Shown piece by piece: positions 56,708 through 64,000 of a DNA stretch of 64,000 bases (the stretch's first letter is position 1; every line of letters starts with the position of its first letter). The stretch is from Mayamaea pseudoterrestris. Lineage: Eukaryota. The stretch spans positions 496,001 to 560,000 of the forward strand of contig BROI01000005.1 in the NCBI GenBank assembly GCA_027923505.1, read 5' to 3'. A program made the translations under genes and the position numbers. The notes below the pieces were generated by a model. It ran no database searches, had not been told where the DNA came from, and was given only the letters and a program-made list of their open reading frames with translations.

Positions 56708-59700
56708 ATGGCGGAAACTCGCGCGCAGAAAGACGCGGCGTTTGCGCATGTTTACGAAGAGAACGTAGGCGTTTTCCAGGATCCTCAGTTCAAGGAGTTA
56801 TTCGACGAACTCGGAGTAGAATCGCTTACGCAATTGATCGAGATGGAGTACGACGATTTCGCGACGAAGTGGAACGTCACGACGACGACAACGACGACAA
56901 CTGACGATGGCGACAATGTCACGCAGGAAACGAGCGAACACTCGCTAACGAAGATGAAACAACGCACGATCACGAACGCGATCGAATGGTATTTGGCGCA
57001 AGAGTCGCCGGACATCAAGACATGGTCGCAACTGACCACCGAAACGCTGGCGACGTTCGTCACAGCACGCGCGAGGGAACGAGTCCAAGCGCGCAACATT
57101 GCGAGCGTGGGCAGCGGAAGCGGAGCGAAACCTCCAGCGAAGGAAAGCGAAACGGAATCCAAGAAGGACGAATCCAAGGACTCCACGCTAACGAACGAAG
57201 GCGACGAGTCGAAGCCCGACTCGGCCGACAAGGTGCCACCGACGAGCGTGGACGTGGACACGAAGCAGTCACCGACATCCGTACTGGACCTCGGTGACGA
57301 CGAAGACGACGAGAAGTATTCAGACCAATTTACGAAGTCTATCAAGTTCTCGGCGAAGGATTGTAAAGAAATGAAGCTGGATTCCTCGTGGAAACAGTGG
57401 ATTTCCGAGTTGAAAGTCATCGCTACATTGCACGACTTCCACGAAGTCTTTGACGACGATTATGACCCAAAGGAAAAGGGACCGAAGGAACAGAAGGCGT
57501 ATGCAAAGAAGAATGTGTTTGTATACAGAATCTTTCTCACGCACTGTCGAACTCCGTCTGCATCACTCGCAGTACAGCAGTTCAAGAAGACGATGGACGG
57601 ACGCGAAGTCTACCAACGATTGCGAACGCGATACGAAGAAGGCGCTACTGCTCACATCGAGAAGGAACGCGCGCGAACGGAACTGCAGGGAATGCGGCTG
57701 ACCGAGAAGTGGTCAAGGCCGACGATCGAATTTCTCGCACTGTTCTACAAGAAAGTCATCTGGCTGCTCGAAATGGACGCAGAAGCTCTGACAGGTTTAC
57801 AACGATACGACATGCTACGCGACGCTTTCTCTGAGCACACTGGATTCAGCGCCTCGCTAGCAGGTTTTGACGGAATGATTGCCATCAAGAAACACATGGG
57901 GCAACACGACTCGGAAGACAATTTCGCGCAGTTGTACGCGCACTTAGAAGAGTGCTGCATCAAGTATGACAAGAAACATCCATCGACGACGAAGACTAAG
58001 CGCACAATCAATCAAGCGCAGTCTAGTGGAACGAAAGGAGGCGGCGGCGGCAATGGCGGCGCGACTCCAAGCGGCTTATCGGCGGAACGATTTGCAGCGA
58101 TCATGAAGAAACCTCACGCGAGCGTGAAGGATGAAGTCTGGTTGGAGATGAAGTTCGATCAGCGAAAGCAGTTGAAGGACAAGCGTGCGACGGCGCCCAA
58201 GACACCCGAAAACGGATGGCGACCGCGCAACCAACGAGGCACGGCTACGACGCAGACGCAAGTCAACGCGGCGCATCAAGAGCGTCACGCGACGGAATCT
58301 GTAGCGAACGATCACGCAAGCGTACCTGGCACGATTAATATTCAGCCAGGCAATAGTGGAATGTCAGTCCAAACGGCTGCGCGATCGGTTCTGCAAGCGA
58401 ACAATGCGAGTACTACAACTCAGCAAGTGACAGGATCGTTGACGACTGATAACACCGGACGAGGTACATTCAGCTTCAACATGCATCGTCGTATGCGCGT
58501 CAATCGCGCACACTACGAGCGGATCAACGAAGGCGCGCTCATCGATAGCGGCGCGAACGGAGGCTTATGCGGAGGAGACATGCTTGTCATTTCGGAAACG
58601 AACGGCGAGGTGGATGTGACTGGTATTGACGATCATATTGTCCCAGCTCTCAAGATTGGCACTGCAGCTGGACTGGCTAAGACCCTTAGTGGCGAAACCA
58701 TTCTGCTTTTGTGTCACCAGTATGCTTTAAAGCGAGACGGACCGACGATTCATTGCCCGAATCAATTGCGCGCAATGGGACATCGAGTCGACGATATTCC
58801 GACCATGTTTGGCGGAACGCAACGAATTACGACAAACATTACAGGAGGCTACATTTTGCCATTGGTGATTCGCGACGGCCTGGTGTACTTGGACGTGACG
58901 AAACCCACGTTCGATGATTTGGATAAGTATCCGACTGTCATCATGACGTCGGACGTGCCGTGGGACCCGACTGTTTACGATGTCGAGCACGCGCACGACG
59001 ATTTCGACGAACGCGATCACGATTATGGATCTTTTGACGAACGATTCGACGATGACGGTATCACGCACCGCAATCGTCACACGCCGACACGCACTGGCGA
59101 CGAACTTGACGTACTGATCAATCGGTGCGTGCGACACGCTCAGTTTTCACGCGTTAATTTGCGGAAGCTCCGAAGCAAGGAACCGGACTATAATGCTCTT
59201 CGGCCGTACCTCGGATGGGTACCGACTGAGCGAGTTCAACAGACTTTACGTCACACGGAAGCATGGTATCATCTCAGCGAACATCCGCGATTACCATTTC
59301 GACACCTCACGAAATCGAGATTTCCGGCCGCGAACGTTCAGCGGTTGCGCGAACTATTCGCCACGGACACGATACACTCTGACACGCCAGCTTTGGATGA
59401 TGGAATTCTAGGGCATGGGGGAGCTACTAAGATGCAGCTCTTTGTTGGACGAGAAAGTTTTTACACGCGCGGCTACCCGATGAAGTCGGAGAGCGAAATG
59501 TCAAACGCGTTAGAGGATTTTATCCGCGAAGTGGGCGCTCCTAACGGACTGCTCAGCGACAATGCCAAGTCGGAGACTGGCAAGGCTGTGAGGGATCTCT
59601 GTCGGATGTACAATATTCCTCAAGTGACCACCGAACCGGGTCACCCAGAACAAAATCCATGCGAACGCCACACGTCGCACATTAAGCCAATGATGGAGAA

Positions 59701-62503
59701 CCTCCAACGAGATTCGGGTTCGCCAGGTCATTGCTGGGTTTTGCTGATTAAATTCGTAATCATGATTCTGAACGTCCTCGCGACGAAATCGCTGGGATGG
59801 CGCACTCCAACGGAAGTTGCGTTCGGAAATTTGCCGGATATTTCGCCTTTGTTACATTTCAAGTGGTGGGAACCGGTCACGTTTGAGGCGCAGGGGAGTT
59901 TTCCCTCGGCGGTACGATCTGGCAACGGCCGATTCGTGGGCATCGCAGAGAATAGCGGTCCGCACATGACTTTTCTCGTTCTGACGGACGACACGCTTCA
60001 GGCGATTCCGCGCTCCAACGTGGTCTCGCGCAGCTACTTGTTACCACGAGAGTTGCCTTCCTTCCCTGAGTCTGGAGGGGAGATTTCTGAAGAAGCTACA
60101 CGCGCAAGCGAACGAAATTTTGAAACTCCAGATCTCGCGACAGGACGCTACCATAGCACGAATGCGACAGAAAGTAGTCACGACAACTACGAAGGAAACG
60201 ACGACGAAACGATTCCGATGGCGAACCACGCCAACGTACCAGCGAAGTTCTTCAGAAGGGCTGAGCAAGAATCAGGGAATAAATGCCCTCTGTTCTCTCC
60301 AAGCGAACTCATCGGACGCACGTTCGTAAGGGAACACGAAAACGGTCAGAAAATGCGAGCGACTGTATGCGAATATATCGAAGTACGCGATAACGAGCTA
60401 CTCGAAACGACGAAAGGTTTCCTGATCCAGATGGGAGAGGAGCCAGCGAAAGACTTAATAAGTTACAACGAACTGTCGGATTTAATCGAACGACAGATGG
60501 ACGAAGATATACGAAACGATCCGGCGACTCAGTGGGTATTCACGAAGGTAATCGGACACGAGCTTAATTTGAAACCGAACGATCCGACATACAAAGGAAG
60601 TTCAAGTAACGTTCTCGTCGAATGGACTGACGGAACGACGACGTGGGAGCCTCTCGCGATCATGAAGAAGGACGATCCGATAACGATCGCAGAGTATGGA
60701 CTCAAGCACGGCTTACTCGACAAGCCAGGATGGAAGCAGCTGGAACATTACACTCGGAAGCGAAAGAAGTTTCGACAGATGGTGACAGCAGCGAAACGAA
60801 AATCGAAAGCAAACGGCGTACGCTACAAATTCGGCGTAAGGTTGCCGCGCAATTATAAAGATGCGAAAGCTCTCGACGAGATCAACGGCAACACGCTGTG
60901 GACGGATGCGATTCGAACGGAATTAAATCAGATAAATGATTACGACACGTTCGCAGATCAAGGAGTCGGTAAGGTTATGCCGGCGCCGTGGAAACGAATA
61001 AACGTGCACATGATATTCGATGTCAAGCACGATTTGCGACGGAAAGCACGACTCGTCGCAGGAGGACATATGACAGAGCCGCCGAAGGATTCAGTTTACT
61101 CGGGCGTTGTGTCATTGCGAAGTCTACGAATGGTAGCGATGTTAGCGGAACTCAACGGTCTGGAACTGTGGGCAGCTGACGTCGGCAACGCATACTTGGA
61201 AGCGAAAACGAAAGAGAAGGTTTATATCGTGGCAGGTCCGGAGTTCGGGGAGCTCGAGGGTCACACGCTCACGATCGTGAAGGCACTATACGGTCTTCGC
61301 ACGTCAGGCGCACGCTGGCACGAACACTTTGCAGACACGCTCCGCGACATTGGTTTCACGCCGTGTATCGCAGAACCCGACGTGTGGATGCGCGATAAGG
61401 GCACGCACTACGAATACGTTTGTGTGTATGTCGACGATTTAGCGATAGCGATGAAGAATCCGAAAGAACTAACGGATCTTTTAATTGAGAACTACAACTA
61501 CAAGTTGAAGGGCGTCGGTCCATTGGCATATCATTTGGGCGCAGACGTTTGGCGGGACGACGACGGCGTACTCTGCTTCGGAGCGAAGAAGTACGTCACA
61601 AGACTACTAGCGAACTACAAAGAAATGTTCGGCGAGGAACCGCGACCGCAGACAAGTCCACTACGCGACGGCGATCATCCGGAACTCGACGAAACGAAAG
61701 AACTTGACGACGACGGAATTGCGAAGTATCAATCGATCATTGGTGCGTTGCAATGGGCAGTAAGTTTATGTCGATTCGACATTCACTGTGCTGTCATGAC
61801 TATGGGGAGATTCCGAGCTGCGCCACGAGCGGGGCACTTGGAACGGTTGAAGCATATTTGCGGATACTTACGACGATACCCGGATGGAGCGATTCGATTC
61901 AACGTTTCGATTCCAACGGACGAGCGATACGCGACAGTTGACAAGATGGATTGGGATTACAGTGTGTACGGCAAGATCTGCGAAGAGCTTCCGTGGAACA
62001 TGCCCACGCCGCGCGGCAAGGCGGTGCGAATGTCAACGTTCGAAGATGCGAACCTGTACCACGATTACACGACGGGACGGGCAGCGATGGGCATGCTACA
62101 CATGTTGAATGGAACAGTCGTTGATTGGTTTTCGAAACGCCAAGCGACGGTCGAGACGGCGACGTACGGCTCGGAGTTTGTAGCAGCGAGAGTGAGCACG
62201 GAGCAGATCATGGATCTTCGCTTCACGCTACGCATGTTGGGAGTTCCGCTCGACGGACCTTCATGGATGTTTGGAGACAACAAGTCGGTAACGCAAAGCA
62301 GCAACTTACCGCACTCTAGTCTGACGAAGCGACACAATGCACTGGCATTTCACCGTGTACGCGAAGCGATTGCGGCGGGAATTATTAATTTCAACCACAT
62401 CATGGGAACGACAAACCCGGCGGATGTACTTACCAAGTTTCTTCCACGGGCTACGGCAAGCAAGCACTTAAAGAACCTGCTCTTCAAGGAATCGAACTAT
62501 TAG
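56708..62503 (+). CDS. CoDi-I-like Gag-Pol polyprotein with a chromo-like module
   Basis: LIDSGANGG; ATDT...SDNAKSE...QNPCE; VEWTDGTTTWEPL; RKARLVAGGH; VYVDD; FEDAN; ETATYGSEF; KRHNALAFHRVRE. Confidence 0.96.
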   Translation: MAETRAQKDAAFAHVYEENVGVFQDPQFKELFDELGVESLTQLIEMEYDDFATKWNVTTTTTTTTDDGDNVTQETSEHSLTKMKQRTITNAIEWYLAQESPDIKTWSQLTTETLATFVTARARERVQARNIASVGSGSGAKPPAKESETESKKDESKDSTLTNEGDESKPDSADKVPPTSVDVDTKQSPTSVLDLGDDEDDEKYSDQFTKSIKFSAKDCKEMKLDSSWKQWISELKVIATLHDFHEVFDDDYDPKEKGPKEQKAYAKKNVFVYRIFLTHCRTPSASLAVQQFKKTMDGREVYQRLRTRYEEGATAHIEKERARTELQGMRLTEKWSRPTIEFLALFYKKVIWLLEMDAEALTGLQRYDMLRDAFSEHTGFSASLAGFDGMIAIKKHMGQHDSEDNFAQLYAHLEECCIKYDKKHPSTTKTKRTINQAQSSGTKGGGGGNGGATPSGLSAERFAAIMKKPHASVKDEVWLEMKFDQRKQLKDKRATAPKTPENGWRPRNQRGTATTQTQVNAAHQERHATESVANDHASVPGTINIQPGNSGMSVQTAARSVLQANNASTTTQQVTGSLTTDNTGRGTFSFNMHRRMRVNRAHYERINEGALIDSGANGGLCGGDMLVISETNGEVDVTGIDDHIVPALKIGTAAGLAKTLSGETILLLCHQYALKRDGPTIHCPNQLRAMGHRVDDIPTMFGGTQRITTNITGGYILPLVIRDGLVYLDVTKPTFDDLDKYPTVIMTSDVPWDPTVYDVEHAHDDFDERDHDYGSFDERFDDDGITHRNRHTPTRTGDELDVLINRCVRHAQFSRVNLRKLRSKEPDYNALRPYLGWVPTERVQQTLRHTEAWYHLSEHPRLPFRHLTKSRFPAANVQRLRELFATDTIHSDTPALDDGILGHGGATKMQLFVGRESFYTRGYPMKSESEMSNALEDFIREVGAPNGLLSDNAKSETGKAVRDLCRMYNIPQVTTEPGHPEQNPCERHTSHIKPMMENLQRDSGSPGHCWVLLIKFVIMILNVLATKSLGWRTPTEVAFGNLPDISPLLHFKWWEPVTFEAQGSFPSAVRSGNGRFVGIAENSGPHMTFLVLTDDTLQAIPRSNVVSRSYLLPRELPSFPESGGEISEEATRASERNFETPDLATGRYHSTNATESSHDNYEGNDDETIPMANHANVPAKFFRRAEQESGNKCPLFSPSELIGRTFVREHENGQKMRATVCEYIEVRDNELLETTKGFLIQMGEEPAKDLISYNELSDLIERQMDEDIRNDPATQWVFTKVIGHELNLKPNDPTYKGSSSNVLVEWTDGTTTWEPLAIMKKDDPITIAEYGLKHGLLDKPGWKQLEHYTRKRKKFRQMVTAAKRKSKANGVRYKFGVRLPRNYKDAKALDEINGNTLWTDAIRTELNQINDYDTFADQGVGKVMPAPWKRINVHMIFDVKHDLRRKARLVAGGHMTEPPKDSVYSGVVSLRSLRMVAMLAELNGLELWAADVGNAYLEAKTKEKVYIVAGPEFGELEGHTLTIVKALYGLRTSGARWHEHFADTLRDIGFTPCIAEPDVWMRDKGTHYEYVCVYVDDLAIAMKNPKELTDLLIENYNYKLKGVGPLAYHLGADVWRDDDGVLCFGAKKYVTRLLANYKEMFGEEPRPQTSPLRDGDHPELDETKELDDDGIAKYQSIIGALQWAVSLCRFDIHCAVMTMGRFRAAPRAGHLERLKHICGYLRRYPDGAIRFNVSIPTDERYATVDKMDWDYSVYGKICEELPWNMPTPRGKAVRMSTFEDANLYHDYTTGRAAMGMLHMLNGTVVDWFSKRQATVETATYGSEFVAARVSTEQIMDLRFTLRMLGVPLDGPSWMFGDNKSVTQSSNLPHSSLTKRHNALAFHRVREAIAAGIINFNHIMGTTNPADVLTKFLPRATASKHLKNLLFKESNY

Positions 62504-62520
62504 GTATGACTTGAGGGGAG

Positions 62521-62833
62521 TTACAGGATGCGAACGAAAACAGCGAAAATCGGGCAAGTCACACCGAATGTCCGATAGGGTGACACAGCGGCACTCACGG
62601 CTCACCACAGCCTCACGATCGCGTGATGCGTGGCAGCGACGGCTTCGAAACGATTCAACGAGTATATTGCTGAAACTAGTGCGATATAGAGTAGAAACAA
62701 GCAGACTTACTAAGCTTGAAGAGTTAAGAAAGCGATTTATTCGTCTCTCGTATTGTAGCAACTGCAAGCTTGGATTGGCCATCCAAGGACAGCTACAAGC
62801 GAAAGGTGCAACGATTTGATTTACAAGTTACAA
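62521..62833 (+). repeat. 3' LTR of copia element 2
   Basis: Directly after the PPT; TTACAGGATG...GTTACAA. Confidence 0.93.
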
Positions 62834-64000
62834 CAGCCTTGACAGCGGAGTTTGCCAATGCACCACACTGGCTTACTGATCAAGATGTGTTGGAAGAGGA
62901 TCTACTGGCTCAAGAGACCTTTACACATGAGGATATGATAAGGATCCAGTCTGCAGTTCGAACCAGGAAAAGAGAAGGAGTTGTGACAGCCGAGAAACTC
63001 CAGCAGAGGTGGAACATTGGCCTGGAGACGGCACGGAATACTCTCAAGGTTGTCACGCAGAAGGGCGTTCGTCGCTTCGCTGGCGATAGACCTTTGAAGA
63101 GGATGTGGTCGCGCGCGGAAGCGCTGCGCTTCCGGCAGTTAAACTGCGAGATGTTCACCGATACAATGCAGGGTCCTTGCAAATCAAGGAAAGGCTACAA
63201 GTACCTTCAAGTCTACACGACAGAAGCAAGGCTTCACAACAGTATCCCCCATGAAAAAGAAGAGCGAAGCCCCGGAGACACTGGACTTATTACACAGGGA
63301 ATTTGGTGTACCAAGTGTTCTGGTGCCGGACAACGCTCCAGAGCTTGTTGCAGGCGACTTTTTAAAGAAGGCTCGCGCTGCAGGCTCACATATCCACTCG
63401 ATTGAACCCTACACACCCAACCATCAGCGTGCAGAATCCACCAACAATGTGCTAAAGCAAATGTACAGGCGGGCTATGCGCAAGTCAAACTCGCCGGCGG
63501 TATTTTGGGCTGATTGCTTTGTGCTGCAAGCTGCTATTTACAGTCGCATTGCGCATGACAGAGTAGTACTCGATGGAGACACTCCGTATAAGCATTTAAT
63601 GGGAGACTCGGCTGATATTTCGCATCTGGCAGAATTCAGCTGGTATGAGTATGTGTGGTTCTGGAATCAAGATGGAGACGATAATTACGCTCTGGGGAGA
63701 TACTTGGGGCCATCTCGCGACGTTGGTCAGGCCATGACGTCGCAGATCCTCACTGAGAAAGGCACGGTTGTGCATCGCTCGTCGACATTTCCATTGACGG
63801 ACAAAGACCTTCGTAGCGAACCGCTGAAGGCCCGGATGAAAGCTTTTGATGAAGCAATCCAGGAGCGATATGGAGCTGGATATAATGATGATCCACAGCT
63901 TGTGGAAACGCCAGAATATCCTGAGTTTGAACCTCCTACCTACGAGCCCTACGAGGACGAGGAAAGGAAAGAGGAAGAGGTTCCGGATGCAGATGACATT
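62834..64000 (+). mobile_element. Degenerate integrase region of a different CoDi-I-like copia, running off the window
   Basis: RWNIGLETARNTL..VTQKGVR, FTDT; after frameshifts near 63225-63260, VPDNAPE, IEPYTP, DISHLAEFSWYEYV, LGRYLGPSRDVG. Confidence 0.88.

Larger units (their letters stand above)
56248..62833 (+). mobile_element. Full-length Ty1/copia LTR retrotransposon (CoDi-I-like), no TSD
   Basis: LTRs of about 313 bp differing at two G/A positions; PPT GAGGGGAG at 62513-62520; intact gag-pol. Confidence 0.95.

Overview
Compact, intron-containing eukaryotic DNA, most likely from a diatom. This is inferred from short GT-AG introns, a bipartite plastid-type leader on glutamyl-tRNA reductase and CoDi-type Ty1/copia elements. 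Bases 1-28.5 kb are a dense gene run: SNU13, LSM6, GMD, a TPM+RING membrane protein, an MFS transporter, a heme oxygenase-like protein, an RRM protein, a nitrilase-fold protein, mitochondrial ferredoxin, a SANT/Mis18BP1-like protein, PheRS-alpha, HemA, APC7, an ICL/PEP-mutase family enzyme, an F-box/MYND protein and a coiled-coil protein. An orphan gene of about 1263 aa with three copies of an unrecognised domain is split by an intact copia element (31856-37002, identical 305-bp LTRs, GATGC target-site duplication). Cathepsin Z, carnosine N-methyltransferase and an indel-riddled phosphoglucomutase follow. Bases 45654-54197 are a direct second copy of 19884-28476. The junction lies in an indel-dense zone, so this may be a mis-joined second haplotype rather than a real duplication. 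The last 10 kb is a transposon nest: a hairpin/inverted-repeat tandem array, a probable LTR with a PBS, an intact CoDi-I-like copia with no TSD, and a degenerate copia integrase. All calls were made by eye from motifs; no searches were run.
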